DNA of 64,000 nucleotides from an uncultured Acidobacteriota bacterium (GCA_963805975.1 CAWDVR010000003.1:448001-512000); one strand, 5' to 3'; shown: positions 18,231-28,365, counted from the stretch's first letter. A program made the numbers and translations. Notes: a model not told the origin generated them from the sequence alone.

Positions 18231-19139
18231 TCAGCACTCTTTGTAGTGGCGCTCCATGGCATGCATCTTCTTGGTCGGTGTATTCAAGCTGTCACCGTAC
18301 CAGTCGGCGAGGTAGGTGGAGCACATCACTTTCTTCGGTGCCAGGTTGCCGACCCATTCGGCACAGCCGTAGGGGCACGGAGGGAGCTCGGCATAGAGCC
18401 AGTCGAGGCTGGCACCGGCCTGGAGAAGGCTCTTTTGGGTCTCAGCACCGTCCGTCTGGTAGAACGTGACTCCTAGCTGCTCGCAAACCTTCTGGAGTGC
18501 GCCGCGCTCGGCGTGGCTGGGTGCGGTTCCGCCGGTATTGCTGCGCGCAGTACCGGTGACCACCTTGCCCTTTTGGCTGGTCGCCTGCGCCATGGCGAAG
18601 CAGCAGAGTGTGCTTCCCTCCTTCTTGCGCAGCGTTCGCACCGGCTGGAGGATCTCGAGATCGGAGGAATCGACCTCCTCGAGCTTGTAACCCTTCCGTA
18701 GCTCGGCTCGTGGCTGCTGGAGGGGCGGCGCGGAGAGCCGGCGGAGGGCGTAGTCCATACAGAAGCTGTGATGTTGCCAGGGGACCTGCTGCTCCTTGAT
18801 CCACTGGAAGACCGCCGGCAGCGAGCCGAGCTGGTCGATCTGCGAGCGGTACCAGCCTTCCAGCTCGTCGTAGTCCGGGATCTGGGGATCCGTGGTGTAG
18901 GTGATCTCCTCCATGCGCTGGATCGTGCGCGAGGGCCACGGCGGCGGCGAGATCACGGGGCGCCAGCCTGCCGGATGCGCGATGCGCGCCCTCATCGGCT
19001 GCGCCGCGGGAGCCAGGGCCCGCGCCAAATGCGGCGCCAGCGGTATGGGAGCGGGAGCCACGGCGGGTTGCCCGACGCTGGCGATCATCCGCGCCACGTG
19101 CGGCGCGAGCGGCCGCGCTGGAGCGGCGTTGGGTTGCAC
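18231..19139 (-). CDS. Zn-dependent nucleic-acid deaminase domain protein (polymorphic-toxin type) with low-complexity N-terminus
   Basis: HAE ... WLYAELPPCPYGCAEW (HxE/PCxxC-type). The frame is open upstream to a CTG at 19217 behind GGAGG, so the start is uncertain. Confidence 0.72.
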   Translation of the reverse strand: MQPNAAPARPLAPHVARMIASVGQPAVAPAPIPLAPHLARALAPAAQPMRARIAHPAGWRPVISPPPWPSRTIQRMEEITYTTDPQIPDYDELEGWYRSQIDQLGSLPAVFQWIKEQQVPWQHHSFCMDYALRRLSAPPLQQPRAELRKGYKLEEVDSSDLEILQPVRTLRKKEGSTLCCFAMAQATSQKGKVVTGTARSNTGGTAPSHAERGALQKVCEQLGVTFYQTDGAETQKSLLQAGASLDWLYAELPPCPYGCAEWVGNLAPKKVMCSTYLADWYGDSLNTPTKKMHAMERHYKEC

Positions 19140-19299
19140 CGTGCGGTGCTGGGTCGGTAGCTGCGGCAGCTTCCGCGGGTGGCGGCCGAGAGCGAGGGTG
19201 GGGAGTCGGGGCGGCAGTTGAGCCTCCAGTTCAAGCTCGGGGGCAGCTTACAGCCTATCCTTTTCGAGTCGTCCAGGGACCTTGCCGGAGATCAACCCG

Positions 19300-20538
19300 T
19301 CAAGGACGCTCTGCCAAGAAATCGAGCATCGTCGCGAGCGTCTCGCGCTCGAGGATCATCTCGAAGTGCGGGCCGTGGAGGTCGAAGGGCGGGTGGGAGA
19401 GGGCAGCGCTCTCCTGGGGCGAGAGAGAGTGCTGGCTGGCCTGGGCGGCGTGGCCGTCGCCGCGGGCCCTGGCGAGGGCCGCGAGCCTCGGCCGCGCCTC
19501 CAGCCAGGGGTCGCCGGTGAAGTGCGTCCGCCAGCGCCCGCCGCTTTCCACGAGCACGGCACGCCAGGGTGTGGGCTCGTCGAGGCTCTGGAGCGAGGCG
19601 TAGCGAGTGGCGCCGAAGGTGGGCGAGTCCGCTGCGAGGAGCTTGCGCAGGCGCCGGGCGCGGTCCAGGGAACGGGTGAGGAGGGCCAGGCGGTCCTCCT
19701 CCGGGCCCAGGAGGTCGAACGGCTTCACCGCCAGGCGTCGCGCCGCCCTCGCGCCCCAGATCGACCAGCCGTAGCGCCGCCAGCTCTCGGCCGCGAAGAG
19801 GTCGATGGCGAGTGGCTGGCCCTCCTCGTCCAGGAAGAGGTCCGCAGGCTCGGTCGGCAGATCCTGGTAGAGCGACGGGAACGTGAACAGGGTCTCCGGC
19901 GCCCAGGTCCGACCGACGAACCCGGCGTAGGAGCGCCCGCGGTTCATCTCGCGGAGGATGCGGAGACTGCCGGCGTTGGAGGTGCCGACCAACAGGAGCT
20001 GCTCGATCACGACGCCGGGGACCGGGGCCGCCCGCCCGGCCTCCGCCTCTTCGAGCGAGGCCGCGCCGTACTTGGCGAGGTACCGGCAGATGCGCTCCCC
20101 GGCCGACTGGCAGATGAGCGCCACCCGCAGCTCGGGGCCGCCGCGCAGCTCGTGGAGTGCCTCGAGCCGCGCGGCGAGCGAGGCCACGGCCTCAAGATTG
20201 TCCTGCCGCCAGTCATAGGGGAAGACGAAGAAGCTCTCACCGGGCTCGGGGTCGAGGAGGTTGCCGGCCGTGAAGCCGTTGGCCTCCAGCAGGCGGACGA
20301 TGGGGCCGTAGACGTCCTTTTTCCACATGCCAAGCGGCAGCGGGATCTCCTCGATGACGTCGAAGGCCGTGACGCTTCGCGGCTTCAGACCGGGCTTCAC
20401 CGGCAGGGCCAGCGCCCTCCCGCCGTCCCGCGGCGAGAACAACCGCGCCGCCGTGCCCCACTCGACGCGGCAGGTCTCCTCGTCGCGAAGCTGCGAGCCC
20501 GTGATCCCCGGTACCAGCACTACCACCCGCTCGCCCAC
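19300..20538 (-). CDS. Alpha/beta hydrolase, LCAT/lipase-acyltransferase-like
   Basis: VVLVPGITGSQL, FPYDWRQD, CQSAG nucleophile elbow, GTSNAGS, GDG near the C-terminus, late His. Confidence 0.78.
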   Translation of the reverse strand: MGERVVVLVPGITGSQLRDEETCRVEWGTAARLFSPRDGGRALALPVKPGLKPRSVTAFDVIEEIPLPLGMWKKDVYGPIVRLLEANGFTAGNLLDPEPGESFFVFPYDWRQDNLEAVASLAARLEALHELRGGPELRVALICQSAGERICRYLAKYGAASLEEAEAGRAAPVPGVVIEQLLLVGTSNAGSLRILREMNRGRSYAGFVGRTWAPETLFTFPSLYQDLPTEPADLFLDEEGQPLAIDLFAAESWRRYGWSIWGARAARRLAVKPFDLLGPEEDRLALLTRSLDRARRLRKLLAADSPTFGATRYASLQSLDEPTPWRAVLVESGGRWRTHFTGDPWLEARPRLAALARARGDGHAAQASQHSLSPQESAALSHPPFDLHGPHFEMILERETLATMLDFLAERP

Positions 20539-20601
20539 CGCCTGCCTGAGGCCGGGCAGGGTGGGCGGTGGGGCGGTGGAGCAGGAGAGGAAGTCGTCAC
20601 G

Positions 20602-21237
20602 CTAGAGGCTCACCTCTCCGGCCGGTCTGCTCCGGTTGCGGTAGAGGCTCTCGTCCACGGCACCGATCATCCTTTCGAGGTCCAGGCGGTGGTCGAGGAA
20701 GGCGTTCATGCGCTCGGCCTCGGCGCGGGGGTTGGCGACCACGGCCTTGTAGTCCACGTACAGCACCTCGAACTGCGGCGCGGTGCGCAAGAGGTACTGC
20801 GCCTTCCAGAGGTGGTCCTCGAAGACCTCGGTCATGCGCCCGTCGCCGGCCGCCGGCTCTTCGCCGCGGTGTGCGAGCATCTTCTGCTGCGAGGCCAGCA
20901 CCTCGCCCAGGTCGCGCCGCAGGAAGATCACGCGGTAGTTGTTGGCGGCCGGGAGCTCCTTGAGCAGATAGGAGATGACCTTGATCGCCTTGCCGCGGGC
21001 GGCCCGGAGCCAGCTCTTGTCGGTCTCGTTCGCCAGGTCCTTGACCCGCTCGTGCTCGAAGTAGCCCTTGGGGTTGTCCTCGTCGGCGGTGCGCAGGCCG
21101 TCGGTGTGAGTGACGAGGCCGCCGGCTTCGAGCATCTTCATCGCCATCGAAGTGCCGGAGCGCGGCAGCCCCGAGACCACGACGACCGGCTCGCCGTGGC
21201 GCAGCCGCCGCCAGGTCCGTTGCAGTGGAGAAGCCAT
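20602..21237 (-). CDS. Sulfotransferase family protein
   Basis: VVVSGLPRSGTSM (PAPS-binding loop), DNPKGYFE, RRDLGEVLASQ. Confidence 0.85.
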   Translation of the reverse strand: MASPLQRTWRRLRHGEPVVVVSGLPRSGTSMAMKMLEAGGLVTHTDGLRTADEDNPKGYFEHERVKDLANETDKSWLRAARGKAIKVISYLLKELPAANNYRVIFLRRDLGEVLASQQKMLAHRGEEPAAGDGRMTEVFEDHLWKAQYLLRTAPQFEVLYVDYKAVVANPRAEAERMNAFLDHRLDLERMIGAVDESLYRNRSRPAGEVSL

Positions 21238-21359
21238 CGTCTGGGCCGCTTGATCTGTCGAGGGGCTTGTCGCTACACTCCGAAGGCCGCCCGGCCCGCG
21301 GGCGGACTTTTATAGCACACGCTTCCACGATCCCCTACGCCGCCGCCCCGAGCCCCCGG

Positions 21360-23543
21360 TTGATCGCTCCACCTCGCTCCGTACGACCTCGCCTGCGCGC
21401 CGGATGGCTGCTCGCGGCCGGCTGCGCGCTGGTGGCGGCCTGGGCCCTGCCCGCCCAGGGCTACATCGGCCCCGGCGCCGGTTTCGCGCTGCTGTCGTCG
21501 TTCATGGTGGTCCTCACCACCATCATCCTCGCCTTCCTCTCGCTCCTCATCTGGCCATTCCGCGCTGTCTACCGGCGGCTCTCCCGCGGCAAGGCTCCCA
21601 GGCCGGTGATCAAGCGGATGATCGTGGTCGGTTTCGACGGCCAGGAGCCCAAGCTCACCGACCGCTGGATGGCCGAGGGCAAGCTCCCCAACTTCAAGCG
21701 GCTGGCCGAGATGGGCTGCTACCGGCGGCTGCGCTCCACCTACCCGTCGATCTCGCCGGTGGCTTGGTCCTCGTTCTCGACCGGCACGCACCCGGCCAAG
21801 CACAACATCTTCGACTTCCTGGACCGCGACCGCCGCACCTACCTGCCGATGCTGTCCTCGACCCACATCGGCGGCGTCGACAAGTTCTTGAAGATCGGCA
21901 AGTGGAAGATCCCGCTCGGCAAGCCGGACATCCGCCTGCTGCGGCGCTCGACGCCGTTCTGGACGCTCTTGGGCGAGCGCGGCATCTGGAGCACGGTGCT
22001 CCGCGTGCCCATCACCTTCCCGCCGGACAAGTTCTACGGCGCCGAGCTCTCGGCCATGGCGGTACCGGACCTCCTGGGCACGCAGGGCACGTTCCTGCTC
22101 TACACCACGCGACCGGCGCGCAAGTTCAAGGAGGGCGGCATCCGGGTGGGCCTCGAGCCGGCCGCAGGATCGAACGGCGCGCGGTTCGAGACCCGGATCG
22201 ACGGCCCGGAGAACTCCTTCCTCGAAGGCAGCCCGCCGCCGCCGCTCTCGGTGCCGATGGCGATCGAGCTCGATCGCGCCGCGGGAACCGCGAAGGTGAA
22301 GATCGGCGACGAGGACGAGCTGACCTTGAAGCCGAGCCAGCTCAGCGGCTGGGTGACCCTCCCCTTCAAGGCCGCGCCCGCCGTCAAGGTGAAAGGCATC
22401 TGCCGCTTCCAGGTGCTGGAGATGGGCGAGCACTTCTCGCTCTACCTGTCACCGATCAACATCGATCCCGACTCGCCGGCCATGCCCATCGCCCACCCGT
22501 CCTACTACGCCACCTACCTGGCGAAGAAGCTCGGCCCCTTCGCCACGCTGGGGCTGGCGGAGGACACGTGGTCGCTCAACGAAGGCGTGGTGGACGACGG
22601 CACCTTCCTGCAGCAGGCCCTGGACATCGACGACGAGCGCCGGGGGATGTTCTTCGCGGCGCTCGACCGCCTGCGCAAGGGCTCGCTGGTCTGCGTGTTC
22701 GACGCCACGGACCGCGTGCAGCACATGTTCTGGCGCTATCTCGAGAAGGGCCACCCGGCGACCCAGGGCAAAGAGGCGGGGCCGCACGCCAACGCCATCG
22801 AGGAGCTGTACCAGCGAAACGACGCGCTGGTCGGCCAGGTGATGAAGAAGCTCAGGAAGGGCGACCTCCTGATCGTCTGCTCGGACCACGGCTTCACCTC
22901 CTTCCGCCGCGGCGTCAACCTGAACGGCTGGCTGCTCGCGAACGGATACCTGGCGCTCAAGGAAGGCGCGGACGGCTCGGGCGAGTGGCTGGCCGACGTG
23001 GACTGGTCGAAGACCCGCGCCTATGCGCTGGGCCTCACCGGCATGTTCCTCAACCTGAAGGGCCGCGAGGCGCAGGGCATCGTCGAGCCGGGCGCGGAGG
23101 CCGAGGCGCTCAAGGCCGAGATCCTCCGCAAGATGTCCGGTCTGAAGGACACGGAGAAGAGCGAGATCGGCATCAACGAGGTGTTCGACACCGCCAAGCT
23201 CTATAGCGGCCCGTACCTCGAGAACGCGCCGGACTTCATCGTCGGCTACAACCACGGCTACCGCGTGTCGTGGGACTGCGCGAGCGGCATGGTGGCGGGG
23301 CCCGTCTTCGAGGACAACGTGAAGGCGTGGAGCGGCGACCACTGCGTGGACCCGCGGATCGTGCCCGGCGTGCTGTTCTCGAGCCACGCGATCGACGACG
23401 ACGACCCGGCGCTGATGGATCTCGCGCCCACGGCGCTCCGCCTGTTCGGCCTGGAGCCGCCCAAGCACATGGACGGCAAGCCGCTGTTCAAGCCCGGGCC
23501 GCTCGAGACGGACCCGTTCGCGAAGCCGGTGGTGGCGGGATGA
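21360..23543 (+). CDS. AlkP-superfamily (type I phosphodiesterase/NPP-like) membrane-anchored enzyme with N-terminal YIGPG segment
   Basis: GFDG, LRSTYPSISPVAWSSFSTG, TDRVQH, SDHGF, WSGDH. Start placed at TTG 21360 before the signal-like segment; the ORF is open from 21225. Confidence 0.85.
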   Translation: MIAPPRSVRPRLRAGWLLAAGCALVAAWALPAQGYIGPGAGFALLSSFMVVLTTIILAFLSLLIWPFRAVYRRLSRGKAPRPVIKRMIVVGFDGQEPKLTDRWMAEGKLPNFKRLAEMGCYRRLRSTYPSISPVAWSSFSTGTHPAKHNIFDFLDRDRRTYLPMLSSTHIGGVDKFLKIGKWKIPLGKPDIRLLRRSTPFWTLLGERGIWSTVLRVPITFPPDKFYGAELSAMAVPDLLGTQGTFLLYTTRPARKFKEGGIRVGLEPAAGSNGARFETRIDGPENSFLEGSPPPPLSVPMAIELDRAAGTAKVKIGDEDELTLKPSQLSGWVTLPFKAAPAVKVKGICRFQVLEMGEHFSLYLSPINIDPDSPAMPIAHPSYYATYLAKKLGPFATLGLAEDTWSLNEGVVDDGTFLQQALDIDDERRGMFFAALDRLRKGSLVCVFDATDRVQHMFWRYLEKGHPATQGKEAGPHANAIEELYQRNDALVGQVMKKLRKGDLLIVCSDHGFTSFRRGVNLNGWLLANGYLALKEGADGSGEWLADVDWSKTRAYALGLTGMFLNLKGREAQGIVEPGAEAEALKAEILRKMSGLKDTEKSEIGINEVFDTAKLYSGPYLENAPDFIVGYNHGYRVSWDCASGMVAGPVFEDNVKAWSGDHCVDPRIVPGVLFSSHAIDDDDPALMDLAPTALRLFGLEPPKHMDGKPLFKPGPLETDPFAKPVVAG

Positions 23544-25501
23544 GGGGCAGGGTAAGGGTCTCTGCCCTTGCGGCGCTCGGTCTCGCGCTTCTCACTCTCG
23601 CCGCCTGCGGCAGGAAGCACGACGCCAACGGCCCGCGCATGATCGTGCTCGGCTTCGACGGCATGGACTATGCGCTGACGCAGAAGCTCATGGCCGAGGG
23701 GCGGCTCCCGAACCTCGCCAAGCTGGCGGCGGAGGGCGGCTTCCAGTCGCTCGCCACCGCCGTGCCGCCGCAGAGCCCGGTCGCCTGGTCGAACTTCATC
23801 ACCGGCCTCGACGCCGGCGGTCACGGCATCTTCGACTTCATCCACCGCGACCCCAACACCATGACCCCCTACCTCTCGACCAGCCACACCGAGGCGGCGG
23901 GGAACGTGGTCAAGATCGGCAAGTACCAGTTCCCGCTCTCCGGCGGCAGGGTGGAGCTGCTGCGCCACGGCCAGCCGTTCTGGGACGTGCTCGAAGCGCA
24001 CGGCGTCGAGACCACCGTGGTGCGCATGCCGGCGAACTTTCCGCCCTCGGAGAAAGCGACGCGCGAGCTCTCCGGCATGGGCACGCCGGACATCCTCGGA
24101 ACGCCCGGCACCTTCACCTTCTACACCTCGGAGCTCTTCGCCTACTACGGCAAGCAGGTTTCGGGCGGCGAGGTGCACGAGGTCTTCGTCGAGGACGGCA
24201 TGGTCAAGGCCCAGCTCTACGGGCCGAACAACCCCTTCCTCTTGAAGTCCGAGAAGGTGGCGGCCGACTTCACGGCGGTGATCGACCCGGTGGAGCCGGT
24301 GGTCAAGCTCAGCGTGGGCGACGAGCAGCGGGTGCTGAAAGTAGGGGAGTGGAGCGACTGGGTGCCGGTCGACTTCAAGCTCATCCCCACCCAGAACCTG
24401 CGCGGCATCTGCCGCTTCTATTTGAAGTCTTTGCAGCCGGAGTTCCAGCTCTTCGTCTCGCCGATCAACTTCGACCCGCTCGCCCCGGCGCTGCCGCTCT
24501 CGCACCCGGAGGACTACGCGGCCGAGCTGGCGGAGGCCACGGGCCGCTTCTATACCCAGGAGATGCCGGAGGACACCAAGGCCTACAAGGAAGGCATCTT
24601 CTCGACCGACGAGTTCCTGACCCAGGCGCGCTACGTGGTCGACCACATGATCGAGCAGTACGACTACGTGCTCTCCCAGTACAGCTCGGGCCTGCTGTTC
24701 TACTACTTCGGCAACACCGACCAGGTGGCACACATGATGTGGCGCACCCTGGACCCCGGCCACCCGGCCTACAGCGCCGAGAAGGACGGGCCGTACGAGG
24801 ACGTGATCCCGGCGCTCTACGAGAAGTTCGACGGCATCGTCGGCCGGACCCGCGAGCGGATGCCCGCCGGCACCATGCTGGTGGTGATGTCCGACCACGG
24901 CTTTTCTTCCTGGCGCCGGGCGGTACACCTCAACTCCTGGCTGCGCGACAACGGCTACCTCGTGCCGCTCGATCCCGGCCGCAAGACCGACGCCGGCTAC
25001 TTCTCGAACGTCGACTGGACGAAGACGCGCGCCTACGCCCTGGGCCTGAACGGCCTCTACGTCAACCTCAGAGGGCGCGAGAAGAACGGCATCGTCGAGT
25101 CGACCGATCGCCTGCCGCTGATGAAGGAGATCGCCGGCAAGCTCCTCGCGCTCACCGATCCCAAGACCGGCGAGCGGGCCGTCACCAAGGCCTACCTCCG
25201 CGAAGAGGTCTACCAGGACCGGGAGTACATCGAGATCGGCGCCGACATCCAGGTCGGCTACGCCAAGACCTACCGCGGCTCGAACGAGTCGGCCCTGGGC
25301 GGCATGACCGAGGAGCAGTTCACGGACAACCTGAGCGCCTGGAGCGGCGACCACTGCATGGACCACGAGGCCGTGCCCGGCGTGCTGTTCACGAGCCGCA
25401 AGCTCCGGAAGCCGGCCACCAGCCTGAAAGACCTGGCGGCCTCGATCCTCACCGAGTTCGGAGTGGAAGGGTTTCCGCTGCGGGAGCGCCGCTCGCCCTA
25501 G
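23540..25501 (+). CDS. Second AlkP-superfamily enzyme, predicted lipoprotein; paralog of the upstream gene
   Basis: ATGA overlap; LTLAAC lipobox; GFDG, PPQSPVAWSNFITG, TDQVAH, SDHGF, WSGDH. Confidence 0.87.
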   Translation: MRGRVRVSALAALGLALLTLAACGRKHDANGPRMIVLGFDGMDYALTQKLMAEGRLPNLAKLAAEGGFQSLATAVPPQSPVAWSNFITGLDAGGHGIFDFIHRDPNTMTPYLSTSHTEAAGNVVKIGKYQFPLSGGRVELLRHGQPFWDVLEAHGVETTVVRMPANFPPSEKATRELSGMGTPDILGTPGTFTFYTSELFAYYGKQVSGGEVHEVFVEDGMVKAQLYGPNNPFLLKSEKVAADFTAVIDPVEPVVKLSVGDEQRVLKVGEWSDWVPVDFKLIPTQNLRGICRFYLKSLQPEFQLFVSPINFDPLAPALPLSHPEDYAAELAEATGRFYTQEMPEDTKAYKEGIFSTDEFLTQARYVVDHMIEQYDYVLSQYSSGLLFYYFGNTDQVAHMMWRTLDPGHPAYSAEKDGPYEDVIPALYEKFDGIVGRTRERMPAGTMLVVMSDHGFSSWRRAVHLNSWLRDNGYLVPLDPGRKTDAGYFSNVDWTKTRAYALGLNGLYVNLRGREKNGIVESTDRLPLMKEIAGKLLALTDPKTGERAVTKAYLREEVYQDREYIEIGADIQVGYAKTYRGSNESALGGMTEEQFTDNLSAWSGDHCMDHEAVPGVLFTSRKLRKPATSLKDLAASILTEFGVEGFPLRERRSP

Positions 25502-25520
25502 CGGCACCAAGGAGTAAGCG

Positions 25521-25715
25521 ATGTTTGGAACCGTCAAGATAAAGCTCGACAAGGAACTGGTCGAGCGGGTGAAGAAAGTGAGCGACGTGGCCGGGTACTC
25601 CTCGCCCGAGGAGTTCATCACCCATGCGCTCGAAAAGGAGCTGGCGAAGCTCGAGGACGCCGGCTCCGAAGAAGAGATGAAGAAGCGCCTGCGCGGTCTC
25701 GGCTACATCTCCTGA
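25521..25715 (+). CDS. 64-aa ribbon-helix-helix-like protein ending in KKRLRGLGYIS
   Basis: AAGGAG RBS; VKIKLDKELVERVKKV...GYSSPEEFITHALEKEL (RHH pattern). Confidence 0.82.
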   Translation: MFGTVKIKLDKELVERVKKVSDVAGYSSPEEFITHALEKELAKLEDAGSEEEMKKRLRGLGYIS

Positions 25716-25719
25716 GGCG

Positions 25720-26568
25720 ATGTCCACCGTCAACGCCCTGCTGCGCCCGCTGTTCGACGCGTTGCTCTCCCCCTTCGCGGGCCTGCCCGCCTGGGCGGGG
25801 CTGGCGGTGGTGTCCCTCGTCGTCTCGGTGCTGATGCTCCTGGTCTACAAGCGGTTCTCGAACCAGGCCAAGCTCGAGGAGGTCAAGCGCCAGATCTACG
25901 CCGGCATCTTCGAGATCCGCCTGTTCAACGACGACTTCCGCGCCATCTTCCGGGCCCAGGGCGAGATCCTGCGCCACAACCTGCGCTATCTGGGCTACTC
26001 GCTGGTGCCCATGGCGTGGATGCTGGTGCCGCTGCTGCTGATCGTGGCGCAGCTCCAGTTCCACTACGGCTACGAGGGTCTGAAGCCGGGCGAGCCGACG
26101 CTGCTCACGGTCAAGCTCAAAGAGGACTGGAGCAGCCGTTCGCTGGCGGCCGACGCCACGGGCAAGCCGCGGGTGACCCTGGAGGCGCCGGCGGGCTTCA
26201 CGGTGGAGACCCCGGCGGTGTGGTCGCCGTCCGAGAAGGAGCTCGCCTGGCGGGTGGTGGCGGAGCGTCCGGGAAGCTACGAGCTGAAGCTCCAGGCCGG
26301 CGGCGAGCCGCTCGCCAAGTCCGCCGTCAGCGCGGACGAGATCATCCGCCGCTCGCCGATCCGGGTCGGTACGAGCTTCTTCGATCAGCTCCTCTACCCG
26401 GCGGAGGACCCGGTGCCCGCCGCGAGCGCCGTCGAGTCCATCACTCTCGGCTACCCCGAGGCCGAGGTCAGCCTCTTCGGCTGGAACACGCACTGGATCA
26501 TCGCGTTCCTCATCCTCACGATCGTCTTCGCCTTTGCCCTGAAGGGGTTGTTCGGGGTGACGATCTAG
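25720..26568 (+). CDS. Membrane protein, DUF106/EMC3-TMCO1 (Oxa1 superfamily)-like, with a beta-rich extracytoplasmic insert
   Basis: Amphipathic N-helix, TM1, SNQAKLEEVK helical hairpin, SLVPMAWMLVPLLLI TM2, soluble domain, C-terminal TM. Confidence 0.65.
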   Translation: MSTVNALLRPLFDALLSPFAGLPAWAGLAVVSLVVSVLMLLVYKRFSNQAKLEEVKRQIYAGIFEIRLFNDDFRAIFRAQGEILRHNLRYLGYSLVPMAWMLVPLLLIVAQLQFHYGYEGLKPGEPTLLTVKLKEDWSSRSLAADATGKPRVTLEAPAGFTVETPAVWSPSEKELAWRVVAERPGSYELKLQAGGEPLAKSAVSADEIIRRSPIRVGTSFFDQLLYPAEDPVPAASAVESITLGYPEAEVSLFGWNTHWIIAFLILTIVFAFALKGLFGVTI

Positions 26569-26576
26569 CGCTCTGA

Positions 26577-26605
26577 TTGACGCCTCGCTCGTGGCGGAGT
26601 ATGTT
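26577..26605 (+). promoter_or_regulatory. Sigma-70 promoter of the mazEF-like operon (probably leaderless)
   Basis: TTGACG-N17-TATGTT; ATG at 26612 with no RBS. Confidence 0.6.
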
Positions 26606-26611
26606 CACGGT

Positions 26612-26842
26612 ATGAAGTTGAAGACATCCGTCACACTTTCAGAAGAGACAGTCCGAGCGCTCGACGAGATCGCGGGCCCGGGCGGGAACCGCTCGCGGGT
26701 CATCGAGGAAGCGATGGGCGAGTTCGTGCGGCGCCGGAGCCGAGAGCTGCGCGATACGCGTGACCTCGAGATCATCAACCGCAACGCCGAGCAGCTCAAC
26801 CGCGAGGTCGAGGACATCCTGGCCTACCAGACGGAGCCGTGA
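26612..26842 (+). CDS. RHH antitoxin of a MazF/PemK-type TA module
   Basis: [32 protein letters not shown]; GTGA overlap with the toxin gene. Confidence 0.85.
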   Translation: MKLKTSVTLSEETVRALDEIAGPGGNRSRVIEEAMGEFVRRRSRELRDTRDLEIINRNAEQLNREVEDILAYQTEP

Positions 26843-27165
26843 GGCGCGGAGACCTCTATCGCGTCCGCCGGCCGGGTGGAGGTGATCCCAAGAAGAGCCG
26901 GGTCTTCGTCATCGTCAGCCGCGAGGCGCTCGTCGAGTCCCGGTTCTCCACCGTGATCTGTGCTCCGGTGCTCAGCCAGCGCGATGGGCTCGCCACTCAG
27001 GTGGACGTCGGCCCGGACGATGGGTTGAAGCATGCCTCGAGCATCCACTGCGACGCGCTCGTCAGCCTCCCGAAATCGGTACTCACGGACTACGTGAGCT
27101 CCCTCGGTCCAGGGAGCATCCGCGCCCTGGACCGAGCGCTTCGCATTGCCCTTGCTGTGGAGTGA
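26839..27165 (+). CDS. mazF: MazF/PemK family endoribonuclease toxin
   Basis: [39 protein letters not shown]. Confidence 0.9.
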   Translation: MRRGDLYRVRRPGGGDPKKSRVFVIVSREALVESRFSTVICAPVLSQRDGLATQVDVGPDDGLKHASSIHCDALVSLPKSVLTDYVSSLGPGSIRALDRALRIALAVE

Positions 27166-27234
27166 GCCGGTAGTCGCCCGCGAGGCAGAAAGTACGAGCT
27201 TTTCCTGGCCTACGTCTTGCTCCTCCCGCCGTGG

Positions 27235-28365
<1,131 letters not shown>

